From assembly GCA_963768055.1 (NCBI GenBank), contig CAVYGN010000002.1, forward strand, positions 1,376,001-1,440,000: a stretch of DNA of 64,000 bases, in the 5' to 3' direction. The notes under the pieces are model-generated. The model searched no databases. It was given only the letters and a program-made list of their open reading frames with translations, and was not told where the DNA came from. Made by a program: the position numbers and the translations under genes. Shown piece by piece: positions 1 to 9,865 of this stretch (its first letter is position 1; the number at the start of each line of letters is the position of its first letter). This DNA is from an uncultured Spirochaetota bacterium. Its GTDB lineage: Bacteria; Spirochaetota; Brevinematia; Brevinematales; JAOACQ01.

Positions 1-798
1 CAATTGCCTTATACCCCCGGCACAGACGGCGCCGGAGTCATTGAAACCGCCGGAAAAGGCGTTACAAGATTCAAACCCGGGGACCGGGTTTATATTGGAA
101 GGTCGGTTTCCGGGACATACGCGGAATACTCCCTGGCCCTCGAGTCCCAGGTCCATCCCCTGCCTGAAAATATAACTTTTTCACAGGGTGCCGGTATTTA
201 TGTTCCGTACGGCACTGCTTTTCATGCCCTGAAACAGGCTTCAAAAGCAGAAAAGGGCGAAACCGTCCTGATCCATGGAGCCAGCGGCGGAGTCGGGATC
301 GCTGCGGTACAAATAGCCGGGGCCATGGGGCTTAAGGTATTTGGAACGGCCGGCACCTCGAAAGGCAGGGAACTTGTAAAAGAGGAGGGAGCGCATGAGG
401 TTTTCGACCATACCCGCGAGGGATATCTGGAAGATATCATGAAAGCATTCGGCGGGAAGGGGATCGATATAATCCTCGAGATGCTCGCTAATGTAAACCT
501 TAGCAATGACCTTAAGCTTCTGGCTATGAACGGCAGGGTAGTAATTGTAGGCAGCAGGGGGGACGCAACTATAACTCCCCGCGACCTGATGGCCAAAAGA
601 GGAAAGGTGATGGGTATGATGCTCTGGAATATTACTTTGGAAGAAGCCGCTGAAATTCATGAGGCCCTGCAGTCGGGACTGGTTAATGGGGCTTTCAGGC
701 CGGTGGTAAGGTGCGAAATGCCTCTTTCCGACGCGGACCGTTCCCACATCGAGGTAATGTCTCCCGGGGCTTACGGAAAGATCGTGCTTATACCATAG
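1..798 (+). CDS. qor: NADPH:quinone reductase (zeta-crystallin/MDR family), 5' truncated by window edge
   Basis: PYTPGTDGAGV, Rossmann VLIHGASGGVGIAAVQ, C-terminal GKIVL; frame is open to position 1. Confidence 0.85.
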   Translation, partial: QLPYTPGTDGAGVIETAGKGVTRFKPGDRVYIGRSVSGTYAEYSLALESQVHPLPENITFSQGAGIYVPYGTAFHALKQASKAEKGETVLIHGASGGVGIAAVQIAGAMGLKVFGTAGTSKGRELVKEEGAHEVFDHTREGYLEDIMKAFGGKGIDIILEMLANVNLSNDLKLLAMNGRVVIVGSRGDATITPRDLMAKRGKVMGMMLWNITLEEAAEIHEALQSGLVNGAFRPVVRCEMPLSDADRSHIEVMSPGAYGKIVLIP

Positions 799-801
799 GG
801 G

Positions 802-945
802 CGTTCAAACAATGTCCGGCTTGCATGGGGTCAATTTTTATCCCGCTGGATTCGAAAACGTTTTTCGATGGCAGTTCTGGCGTTTTCTCATAATACGGGA
901 TAAAAATTGACCCCCATTAAAACTGGATATTGTTTTGAATCCGGC
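802..945. repeat. Long imperfect inverted repeat (repeat family C, long copy)
   Basis: GGGGTCAATTTTTATCCCG (827-845) is the exact reverse complement of 896-914; outer arms TTCAAACAATGTCC / GGATATTGTTTTGAA. Confidence 0.8.
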
Positions 946-1191
946 GGGGAAGAACGGGGACTTTCTAACTACCGTTTTTCAGCGGCAGTTCTTACGCTTA
1001 CTTCATAATGTGCGTAAAAAATTAACTTCAAAGAGAATTGCATATTGTCTTAATTTCGGAAGCAATGGAGTGGTGTTTTTTTAGAGCTACTTTTTACCTA
1101 TAGGTTTTAATAGAAATGATCGATCTTTTATTAGAAACTGCGGCGGAAATGTTCTATAATATTGTCAAAGCAATTTCAGGAGGGAATTTAT

Positions 1192-2865
1192 ATGCGCAGC
1201 GATCTTGCAAAAAAGGGATTTCAAAGGGCGCCGAACAGATCTTTATTCAGGGCAATGGGTTTCGATGACTGGGAGACAAAGCGCCCGATCATCGGGATCG
1301 CTAATTCTTTCAGTGAATGCATTCCGGGGCATATACACTTGAATAAACTGGCGGACTCCGTGAAAAGGGGGATTTACGCGGCCGGAGGAATGCCGATGGA
1401 ATTTAACACTATAGGCATTTGTGACGGTATAGCAATGGGGCATTCCGGTATGAAGTATTCACTCCCGACCCGCGAACTTATTGCAGATTCTGTCGAATCG
1501 ATGGCGCAGGCCTATCAGTTTGACGGCCTTGTCCTTCTTTCCTCCTGCGATAAGATAATACCGGGTATGATGATCGCCGCGATGAGGCTCAATGTTCCTT
1601 CCATATTCCTGACGGGTGGGCCTATGCTTCCCGGTAATGTAGGTAAAGATAAGGTGCTCGATCTCAATGATGTTTTCGTCGGTGTAGGCAAAAAAGCGAT
1701 AAACGCCATAACAGACGAAGAACTTTACCAGCTTGAATGCGACGCCTGTCCGGGGGCCGGATCATGCGCCGGCATGTTTACCGCGAATACTATGTCGAAC
1801 CTCAGCGAGGCCCTCGGAATAGGTTTATTTTTTAACGGTTCCATTCCTGCTGTATTTTCCGAAAGGGAAATGCTGGCAAAAAAAGCGGGCTGGAAGATCA
1901 TGGAACTCGTCGAAAAAAACATAAAACCCCGCGACATTATGACGCGCAAGGCCTTTGAGAACGCTATAACGCTGGATATGGCCCTGGGAGGGTCGACGAA
2001 TACGGCGCTCCATCTTCCTGCCATCGCTTATTACGGCGATGTCGAACTTGAGCTTAAAGACTTTTCATATTTCTCCCAGAGGGTTCCACACCTTACGAAT
2101 ATGGTCCCCGCAGGCCCGTACAGCATACTCGACCTGTATTACGCGGGGGGCGTACCGGCGGTTCTCTCCGAACTGGCCAAGAAGAAGATGATTCACCTTG
2201 ATACGATAACCGTATCGGGTAAAACCCTTGGCGAGACCCTCAAGGAGTACAAGGCTGAAGTGAAAGATTATGATATCATTCATCCCATCGATAATCCGGT
2301 CCATGAGGCCGGGGGCCTGGCCGTTTTGACCGGGAACCTCGCTCCTGACGGGGCAATAGTCAAACAGGCTGCGGTAGCTCCCGAAATGATGCGCCATAGC
2401 GGCCCTGCAAGGGTATTCGATGATGAGGAAGATGCCGTAAAAGCTATATTGGGCAATAAGATCAAAAAAGGCGATGTTATTGTAATCCGCTACGAGGGCC
2501 CTAAAGGAGGCCCCGGAATGAGAGAAATGCTCTCTCCGACGTCGTCTATTGCGGGAATGGGCATGGACAAAGAGGTCGCTCTTATTACAGACGGCCGTTT
2601 CAGCGGCGCTACAAAGGGAGCGTCTATCGGGCATATATCGCCTGAAGCCGCTGTCGGAGGGCTGATCGGCCTTGTTGAAGAAGGCGATACGATCGAGATC
2701 GATATACCGGGCAAGACCGTTAACCTGAAGGTTTCCGATTCTGTTATAGAAAGTAGAAGGAAAAAATGGGTGCCCCATCCACCGAAAATATTGAACGGGT
2801 ACCTGGCGAGGTATTCAAGGATGGTGACATCCGCCAATAAGGGCGCGGTGTACGATTCGAAGTAG
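1192..2865 (+). CDS. ilvD: Dihydroxy-acid dehydratase
   Basis: [50 protein letters not shown] at 1192 follows AGGAGG. Confidence 0.97.
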   Translation: MRSDLAKKGFQRAPNRSLFRAMGFDDWETKRPIIGIANSFSECIPGHIHLNKLADSVKRGIYAAGGMPMEFNTIGICDGIAMGHSGMKYSLPTRELIADSVESMAQAYQFDGLVLLSSCDKIIPGMMIAAMRLNVPSIFLTGGPMLPGNVGKDKVLDLNDVFVGVGKKAINAITDEELYQLECDACPGAGSCAGMFTANTMSNLSEALGIGLFFNGSIPAVFSEREMLAKKAGWKIMELVEKNIKPRDIMTRKAFENAITLDMALGGSTNTALHLPAIAYYGDVELELKDFSYFSQRVPHLTNMVPAGPYSILDLYYAGGVPAVLSELAKKKMIHLDTITVSGKTLGETLKEYKAEVKDYDIIHPIDNPVHEAGGLAVLTGNLAPDGAIVKQAAVAPEMMRHSGPARVFDDEEDAVKAILGNKIKKGDVIVIRYEGPKGGPGMREMLSPTSSIAGMGMDKEVALITDGRFSGATKGASIGHISPEAAVGGLIGLVEEGDTIEIDIPGKTVNLKVSDSVIESRRKKWVPHPPKILNGYLARYSRMVTSANKGAVYDSK

Positions 2866-2882
2866 GCTTTTTTCACCGGCAA

Positions 2883-2980
2883 TGTCATTTTGAGGATAAC
2901 AGCCCCTAAAGGGGCTGTATGACGAGAAATCTTCCATCGGGGAGGATTTCTCGCCCCGCAGGTGCAGGGCTCGAAATGAC
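2883..2980. repeat. Cloverleaf palindromic REP-like element (family A, copy 1) between convergent ilvD and argD
   Basis: Terminal GTCATTTTGAG/CTCGAAATGAC plus three internal hairpins; homologous to 56453-56555. Confidence 0.8.
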
Positions 2981-3029
2981 GACTTCCATATTGTTCGATA
3001 AAATTGGGATAGGACGACTAACTTAAGGA

Positions 3030-4226
3030 TCAAATACTTTTAAAAGCGTCTCTCAAAACAGACAGCCCTTTTTCCATATCACACATGCCGATCGTCAGGG
3101 CGGGGAATATCCTGACCACGTTTCCATGGGTTACATTGATGAGGACCCTGTTCCTTAGGCAGAACTCCTTGACTTTTATCGCGGTATCGGCAGAAAAAAG
3201 CTCGAGTGCGAGAAGAAGTCCTTTTCCCCTTACTTCTTTAATTATATCGGCGAATTCATTTTTCATATTTCTCATTATGTCCAGGCTGATTCGGCCTGTC
3301 TTTTCGACGTGTAAACCGATGTCATGATCAAGCATAAATTTTATAACATCATGAGAGACTGCGCAACCGAGTGGATTGCAGCAATAAGTTCCTCCATGAT
3401 CCCCTTCTGAAAGCTTATCCATGATTTCCCCGCTCATTGCGAAAGCGGCAAACGGGAACCCGCCGGCCATTCCCTTGGCCATTGTGATAATATCCGGCCT
3501 TACATTTTCATAAAGACAGGCGAAAGCCCTGCCTGTCCTGAAGAATCCTGTTTGTATTTCATCCGCAATGAAATAAGCCCCAGACTTTCTGCATATTTCC
3601 GAAACTTCCGCGAGGTAGCCCTCCGACGGGACATTTACACCCCCTTCACCCTGGATGGGTTCGAGTATTACGGCCGCAACGCTTTCGTCGACGGCTTTTT
3701 CCATCGACCCTGCGTCGTTAAAGGGGACAAAAGTGAAACCGTCGACCAGGGGCCTGAACTTGCCCCGCAGGTTTTCGTTTCCTGTGGCTGAAAGCGTACC
3801 GATAGTCCTGCCATGGAAACTACCGTGCGTGGACACTACCTTTAACCTGCCCGAAGCCTTCCTGGCCAGCTTTATCGCTGCATCATTGGCCTCGCAGCCG
3901 CTGTTTTGAAAAAAGATATATTGAAGATTTTCTGGCAGGACTTTTTCCAATATCTCAAGAAGTCCGGACCGGGCTGGATTATAGTTTTTCCATGAATCCG
4001 GGCACTGGATGATCTTTTTACTCTGGCGGGAAAGGGCATTTGTTATTACCGGGCTGGCATGGCCCAGGGAAGTAACACCCCAGCCGGCAATCAAGTCGAG
4101 ATATTTTTTCCCTACCTCATCCCATACGTATACTCCCCTGCCTTTTTTGAAAGATATGGGGAATTTTTCTGCAAAGTGAGCCATATGTTCATTTTCGATA
4201 AAAATAGTTCCACGTTTAATTTTCAT
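3030..4226 (-). CDS. argD: Acetylornithine aminotransferase (class III PLP)
   Basis: NSGCEANDAAIKLAR, SFHGRT, LEPIQGEGGV, DEIQTG, MAKGMAGG, HGGTY; start placed at ATG 4226, overlapping the end of hisS. Confidence 0.85.
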   Translation of the reverse strand: MKIKRGTIFIENEHMAHFAEKFPISFKKGRGVYVWDEVGKKYLDLIAGWGVTSLGHASPVITNALSRQSKKIIQCPDSWKNYNPARSGLLEILEKVLPENLQYIFFQNSGCEANDAAIKLARKASGRLKVVSTHGSFHGRTIGTLSATGNENLRGKFRPLVDGFTFVPFNDAGSMEKAVDESVAAVILEPIQGEGGVNVPSEGYLAEVSEICRKSGAYFIADEIQTGFFRTGRAFACLYENVRPDIITMAKGMAGGFPFAAFAMSGEIMDKLSEGDHGGTYCCNPLGCAVSHDVIKFMLDHDIGLHVEKTGRISLDIMRNMKNEFADIIKEVRGKGLLLALELFSADTAIKVKEFCLRNRVLINVTHGNVVRIFPALTIGMCDMEKGLSVLRDAFKSI

Positions 4227-5496
4227 AAGCGTTTCCTGAATCAAGCTTTCTTGTAAGCATTTCAAGGCTTCCCGAGCTCTGTACCCCGGTTGAAAGGTTT
4301 CTCAGGGTATAATTTCCGCTCGATACCTCGTCGGAACCTACAAAAAGGGCGTACCTGGCTTTCATGGAGTCGGCGGATTTCAGGTGTTTTTTAAGCGAAG
4401 AAAACCTGTATTCGGTAACCGAGGTCAGTCCGAGAGACCGGAGTTTTGCGATTATATTTACAGCATGTGAACGGTTTTCTTCGCCGATAAATGCTATGTA
4501 GATCATAGGCGGCTTGTAATAATCTTTTTTCGAAAGCCCTGCCTCAGCTTCAAGGACTGCCGCCAGCCTTTCCATTCCAAATGCGAATCCGGCTGCCGGC
4601 GTCTCAGGGCCCCCGAGTTCTTTAACAAGGTAGTCGTACCTTCCACCGGCAGATACCGTGCTTTGCGCTCCAAGTGTCGAGGATTTAATTTCGAACACAG
4701 TCCGGTTATAATAATCGAGTCCCCTTACAAGTTTTTCATCTATTTCATAAGGAATTCCCGAAAATTCAAGGCCTGACCTGACTTCATTAAAATGCGAAGC
4801 GCATTCTGGGCATAGAGAACCAAGAGGCGACGGAGCGCCGGCTATATCCTGCGCGCATGCTTCATCCTTGCAGTCGAGGATACGGAGCATGTTCGTTTCA
4901 TAACGCGACAGGCAGTCGGAACACATATTTTGAATACGGTCTTTGAAATAATCTTTGAGGGCGCTATAATAAACAGGTCTGCATGCCCTGCAGCCGATGG
5001 AATTTATGTAAATCAAAACACCCTTTATTCCCAGGGTTTTAAAAAAATCATAGTTCAGGTTTATAAGCTCGACATCGATTTCGGGCCTGCCGTCGCCTAT
5101 GTATTCGACCCCGTACTGGACGAACTGGCGGTATCTTCCGGCCTGCGGGTTTTCAGCCCTGAACATGGGGCCGCTGTAGTACATCCTTGCCGAATAACCC
5201 TGCATCGAAAGTCCGTTCTCAATGTAAAGCCTCACTGCCGATGCGGTTCCCTCGGGCCTCAATGCGATGACTCGCCCGCCCCTGTCCTTGAAAATATACA
5301 TTTCTTTTTTTACAACAATATCTGAAGAATCGCCTACCCCTCTCTTGAAAAGATCTGCATACTCGATAATCGGGAAGGATATGCTTTTATAACCGTATCT
5401 GTGAAGGATCTTTTCGACAACAGTGCTTATGTGAGAGTAAAAATCGGATTCAAGCGGCTCTATATCGTAAGTTCCTTTCAGTTTAGTGTAGTCCAT
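4216..5496 (-). CDS. hisS: Histidine--tRNA ligase
   Basis: LRPEGTAS, MFRAENPQAGRYRQF, LVRGLDYY, GGRYD, GFAFGMERL and anticodon-binding domain. Confidence 0.97.
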   Translation of the reverse strand: MDYTKLKGTYDIEPLESDFYSHISTVVEKILHRYGYKSISFPIIEYADLFKRGVGDSSDIVVKKEMYIFKDRGGRVIALRPEGTASAVRLYIENGLSMQGYSARMYYSGPMFRAENPQAGRYRQFVQYGVEYIGDGRPEIDVELINLNYDFFKTLGIKGVLIYINSIGCRACRPVYYSALKDYFKDRIQNMCSDCLSRYETNMLRILDCKDEACAQDIAGAPSPLGSLCPECASHFNEVRSGLEFSGIPYEIDEKLVRGLDYYNRTVFEIKSSTLGAQSTVSAGGRYDYLVKELGGPETPAAGFAFGMERLAAVLEAEAGLSKKDYYKPPMIYIAFIGEENRSHAVNIIAKLRSLGLTSVTEYRFSSLKKHLKSADSMKARYALFVGSDEVSSGNYTLRNLSTGVQSSGSLEMLTRKLDSGNAYEN

Positions 5497-5830
5497 GACA
5501 GCGCCTCCTTAAGACAAATATTATAACTAAAATAATTGATTTTACATAATTTTCCCGGACTCTATGTTTATAAAAAGATCTTTTTGGTATAAACAGTGTC
5601 AATCCGGTTAAAAAAATGATGGTAATTTAATGAAAGTCCTCAATTATTCTATATCCTGATTTATTATTTAAGACTTTATTTTATATGATACAAACATATA
5701 TTAAAACTATCATGTCCCGTTTAAAAGGATTTGTAATTCCGGCTGCAATCAGACTATTTGTTGTTTTTTTTAGCCGGATTTTGTATAATTACCTTTAACA
5801 AGAAAGGAATAAGGAAGAGGTTTTATTATT

Positions 5831-6853
5831 ATGATTATTGTCCTTAAACCCTCAGCCTCGAAAGAGGAAATCGATCATATTGTTTCAATGATAGAAAAAG
5901 CAGGCCTTAGAACTAATATTTCTATGGGGGAGACGCAGTCCATTATAGGAGTGATCGGGGATAAAACAAAGCTTGCCAATACTCCGTTAGCGTCGCTTGC
6001 AAGCGTCGATTCCATCGTTCAGGTTTCAAAACCCTATAAGCTTGCCAGCAGGGATTTTCACCCGGACGATACAGTGATTAATATAAAAGGCGTGAAGATC
6101 GGTAATGGAAACCTCGGTATTATCGCCGGGCCCTGCACTATTGAAAATGAACTTCAACTTATGACCATAGCCAAATCCGTAAAAGAGTCGGGCGCTAATA
6201 TACTCAGGGGCGGCGTCTTTAAACCCAGGACTTCTCCTTACTCCTATCAGGGGATGGGGGATGAAGGCCTGAAACTATTAAAGAAAGCCGGTTCGGAATT
6301 CGATATGCCCGTGATAACCGAGATTATGGATACCTCCATGGCCGGTTTGATAGCGGAATATTCCGACATACTGCAGATAGGGACGCGCAACGCCCAGAAT
6401 TTCAGCCTGCTACGAGAGGTGGGAAAAATAAATAAACCGGTGGTGCTTAAACGGGGCATGGCCCAGACTATAGAAGAATGGCTGATGTCGGCTGAATATA
6501 TCATGTCCGAAGGGAATAGGGAAGTGGTTTTATGCGAAAGGGGGATCAGGACTTTTGAAACGGCCACCAGAAACACTCTTGACCTCATAGCTGTTCCTGT
6601 AGTAAAAGAAAAAACTCACCTTCCTATAATTGTCGATCCCAGTCATGCCGCTGGTAAATGGCAGTATGTAATACCGATGGCGCTTGCTGCCGTTACTGCC
6701 GGCGCCGACGGTATCATGGTCGAAGTTCATAATGAGCCTGAAAAAGCCGTTTCAGACGGTGCGCAATCTCTCAAGATGGAAAAATTCGCATCATTGATGG
6801 GAGAGATAAAAAAGATAGCGCCTGTAATCGGCGTGGGGATCAATCTTAACTAA
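5831..6853 (+). CDS. aroF: DAHP synthase, type I-beta with N-terminal regulatory domain
   Basis: IAGPC, FKPRTSPYSYQG, QIGTRNAQN, LKRG, CERGIRTFE, DPSH. Confidence 0.95.
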   Translation: MIIVLKPSASKEEIDHIVSMIEKAGLRTNISMGETQSIIGVIGDKTKLANTPLASLASVDSIVQVSKPYKLASRDFHPDDTVINIKGVKIGNGNLGIIAGPCTIENELQLMTIAKSVKESGANILRGGVFKPRTSPYSYQGMGDEGLKLLKKAGSEFDMPVITEIMDTSMAGLIAEYSDILQIGTRNAQNFSLLREVGKINKPVVLKRGMAQTIEEWLMSAEYIMSEGNREVVLCERGIRTFETATRNTLDLIAVPVVKEKTHLPIIVDPSHAAGKWQYVIPMALAAVTAGADGIMVEVHNEPEKAVSDGAQSLKMEKFASLMGEIKKIAPVIGVGINLN

Positions 6854-6864
6854 CTGGAGATTAA

Positions 6865-7713
6865 ATGAACAGAAAAATTTTTGGGATATACGGGCTCGGG
6901 TTGTTAGGAGGTTCCCTGGCTCTTGCTATCAAGAGTTTTATACCCGGTTCGAAGATCGTAGGATTCGGCAGGAATATAGAAAAGCTGGATTCGGCAAAAA
7001 AATTAGGCATAATTGATAAAGTCGCTCAGGAGGATTCCGAGATTGTCGGGGAACTTGATTGTTTTATTATCGGTACTCCGATCGAGATGGTGGCGAATGT
7101 GTTCGCCAAGTATATGAAGAGCCTGCCGGATGACGTCATTATAATGGATGTCGGATCTGTAAAAAGGCCTGTACTTAATGAAATCAACAGGATAAATTCA
7201 AGGGGCTTGAATTTCGTGAGCACTCATCCTATGGTAGGAGGGGAGAAATCAGGCCTTGAATTTGCAAGAGCGGACCTTTTCGACAAAAAAATAGTTGGGG
7301 TGATAGGAGAAGGTCCCGAGGAAATTTTAACTGAAGTCAGAGATTTCTGGAAAATCCTGGGAGCCCAAATTGTCCTCGTTTCGGCTGATTTTCATGATGA
7401 AATCGTTGCATCGACCAGTCATGCTCCCCATCTGATCGCTGCGACGGTTTCCCGATGTCTGGAAAAGGACGGGTGGGCGGATGTGAGATTTTTTGGTTTG
7501 TATGGTAAAGGCCTGCTCGATACGACGAGGATAGCTCAGGGAAACCCTGAAATGTGGGCGGGCATCACTATTATGAACGCTGATAATATTGAAAGATCGC
7601 TGATTGACTTTTCCAGGGAAATCGATACGCTTATCCATATCATAAGGAATAAAAAGAGAAAAGAGCTTGTCGATTATCTGGAAAAAGCTAAAGAGTTTCG
7701 TGAAAAATTGTAG
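6865..7713 (+). CDS. tyrA: Prephenate dehydrogenase
   Basis: GLGLLGGSLA, DVGSVK, HPMVGGEKSG, HD..VA.TSHAPH, DTTRIA. Confidence 0.92.
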   Translation: MNRKIFGIYGLGLLGGSLALAIKSFIPGSKIVGFGRNIEKLDSAKKLGIIDKVAQEDSEIVGELDCFIIGTPIEMVANVFAKYMKSLPDDVIIMDVGSVKRPVLNEINRINSRGLNFVSTHPMVGGEKSGLEFARADLFDKKIVGVIGEGPEEILTEVRDFWKILGAQIVLVSADFHDEIVASTSHAPHLIAATVSRCLEKDGWADVRFFGLYGKGLLDTTRIAQGNPEMWAGITIMNADNIERSLIDFSREIDTLIHIIRNKKRKELVDYLEKAKEFREKL

Positions 7714-7802
7714 TAATTTACTTTTTGTTAACAATGAGTAACCAAGATTTCACAGATGGTACAGATAAGCCCCGCCCTTCAAAGAGCAGGACTTTAAAAT
7801 TA

Positions 7803-8717
7803 TTATTTAGAAATAGCAGCTACCCTGAAGCCGGTATCCCTCGAACTATAAGTAGGATCTTCAGGTACTCTGACTGCGGTTCTGAAATCATCCGTGGTTG
7901 AATTGAAACAGCCCCCCCGGATAATTCTGACCGATCCTGAAGCCGGGCCGGCAGGCTGAACTTCGTCCTGGGCTTTGTAATCGCCGTAAGCGTCAAAGCA
8001 CCACTCCCATACATTTCCGATAATATCGTAAAGACCCCAGCCGTTCGGGTTTTTCGTACCCGTTTCATGGGTTGAATTCATACTATTTTCCTTAAACCAG
8101 GTAAAGTCGGCGCTGTCGGCCGGATTACTTCCCCAAAAATATTCATTAGTAGAGGAAGCTTTGCAGGCATATTCCCACTGCGCCTCGGTTGGAAGCATGT
8201 ACCCGTCTGCGTCCCACTTGACATTTTTAATATTAACATCCGTGTCGCCTGTCCTGTAAACTTTTGAAAGTTTAGCATCAATATAATAAACGGGTGTTTT
8301 CTTTTCCATTTCAGAAAGGGCGTTGCACCATTTTACCGCGTCGTACCAATTAACAAAAACAACGGGATTGCTGCCTTTCAGGCCCTTAGCGTTATAACCC
8401 ATAGAACCTTCGTTTGTAAACGAATAGCCGTTAGCTATAGCCCAATCATAAACCTTTACCCAGTTAGAGTATGTGGTATCGAATTTTGAAATCATAAAAT
8501 TTGTAAGAGTTACCTTGTGCGCCGGCTGCTCATTGGATATTCCCTGGTTGTCTCCCATTATGAAAGAACCGGCAGGTATTCCGTTAAAGATCATGCCGAT
8601 GGAGTTTGTAGAAACGGTATAAAGGACCGATGCCGTTACGGTTTTCCCGCATCCGGAATATGATATAATACAGGCAAGTAAGATAAACGCTGTAAAAATC
8701 TTTGAACAGGTTTTCAT
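7803..8717 (-). CDS. FGE-sulfatase/SUMF1 (C-type lectin fold) domain lipoprotein
   Basis: Signal peptide with SGC lipobox; LPTEAQWEYAC, PNGWGLYDIIGNVWEW, RGG, GFRV; start reassigned to ATG 8717 after GGAGGA. Confidence 0.85.
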   Translation of the reverse strand: MKTCSKIFTAFILLACIISYSGCGKTVTASVLYTVSTNSIGMIFNGIPAGSFIMGDNQGISNEQPAHKVTLTNFMISKFDTTYSNWVKVYDWAIANGYSFTNEGSMGYNAKGLKGSNPVVFVNWYDAVKWCNALSEMEKKTPVYYIDAKLSKVYRTGDTDVNIKNVKWDADGYMLPTEAQWEYACKASSTNEYFWGSNPADSADFTWFKENSMNSTHETGTKNPNGWGLYDIIGNVWEWCFDAYGDYKAQDEVQPAGPASGSVRIIRGGCFNSTTDDFRTAVRVPEDPTYSSRDTGFRVAAISK

Positions 8718-8833
8718 TTTTTCCTCCCGATATAATTTTATAATAGTAATTATATAAGAGCCTTGGGAATAATTCAAGCCATTACAGGTTAGCGCTCTTG
8801 AGAAAGAAGGGAAAATCGGGTATAATATGGCAT

Positions 8834-9784
8834 ATGAAAATGATATGTTCAAGCATACTATTGATAATTTGCTCATATCCCTGTCATGCCAGGATGTACT
8901 ACACTTATTTAACCGGAAATTTCGAGGTAAAAAGCCCGAAGAATTTGAATGTGGTGAATGAATTTACAAACCGGCTGTATAAAGAGCTATATGCCAGGAA
9001 GTTTTACCCTGAAGAAGAAATACAGAATGTCTCGGTTCATCCGGATTTTATTATAAGTGGTGAGATAGATTCAACTTCAGAGAAATATGAATTTCATATC
9101 ATCGTTTCGGAATATACAAATAAGTTTAAGGAATGGTCCGACGACGTGTACACTGAGGATATTTTCGGGCTGTCGGGAACAAGGGATGCAGCAAAAGCTG
9201 CCGCAGACAGGATTGTCCGTATGACCAGGAATGAAAATCTCATTCCGTACAAGGAGCAGCATGATTATAAAAAGGATTACGCTATGAAAATAACGGCATC
9301 CGGAAGTCCGGAATCTTCCCTTATATTCAATTTTATCGATGTGCAGATGAAGTATCCGTACGGATTTATGTATGATTTTCCGCTTGCTTTCGGCATTGAT
9401 TTATTTGAGTTCGGTTATTCCATATTCATACCAGGTACAAGCCTGGGTATAGGATTCGGGACAAAGGTGATCGATATCCACGGTCCTACTGCCGGGAGTT
9501 TTTTGCCGATAATAATATTCGTTCCCCTGTATATTTCCCCCGGAGAATACAACTTTAAAAGGAACGATTTGTATTTGACTGCCGAATGGGGTTTTTTCCT
9601 TTCCCAATACAGTTACATTGATTTAAGCCTTGAATTGATGTTGAATGGAATTACCTTAATGGCCGGGTGGCTGATCCTGCCTCCTTACTCTGACAGTACA
9701 TATTCCAGGCCTTTATACAGCTCCTTTTACGCCGGAATAAAATTCAATTTTGGAGAATATAAAGTCAAACGAGGAGAAAAATAA
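8834..9784 (+). CDS. Exported hypothetical protein, possible C-terminal beta-barrel
   Basis: N-terminal hydrophobic leader; aromatic-rich amphipathic strands ending FYAGIKFNFG. Confidence 0.6.
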   Translation: MKMICSSILLIICSYPCHARMYYTYLTGNFEVKSPKNLNVVNEFTNRLYKELYARKFYPEEEIQNVSVHPDFIISGEIDSTSEKYEFHIIVSEYTNKFKEWSDDVYTEDIFGLSGTRDAAKAAADRIVRMTRNENLIPYKEQHDYKKDYAMKITASGSPESSLIFNFIDVQMKYPYGFMYDFPLAFGIDLFEFGYSIFIPGTSLGIGFGTKVIDIHGPTAGSFLPIIIFVPLYISPGEYNFKRNDLYLTAEWGFFLSQYSYIDLSLELMLNGITLMAGWLILPPYSDSTYSRPLYSSFYAGIKFNFGEYKVKRGEK

Positions 9785-9865
9785 CAGTTTGTAATCTTAT
9801 TTGTGATAATTCCGACTATTATTATAGCGTCCCTTTAAGGAGTTAAGAATCGGAGGATTAATTAA

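Noticed and set aside
2883..2980. Cloverleaf elements as tRNA genes
   Set aside because: No T-loop GTTCRA, D-loop or 7-nt anticodon loop geometry; they behave as intergenic repeats.
5497..5830. T-box or attenuator for hisS/aroF
   Set aside because: No T-box consensus, leader peptide or terminator recognised; looks like an AT-rich divergent promoter region.
7741..7767. ACCAAGATTTCACAGATGGTACAGAT resembling ACCACAGATTAAACAGATGG at about 58805
   Set aside because: Too short and degenerate to call a repeat family from two instances.
7803..8717. FGE-type C-lectin lipoprotein as a diversity-generating retroelement target (like treponemal TvpA)
   Set aside because: No reverse transcriptase, Avd or template repeat of the 3' end was seen in the window; a remote DGR cannot be excluded.
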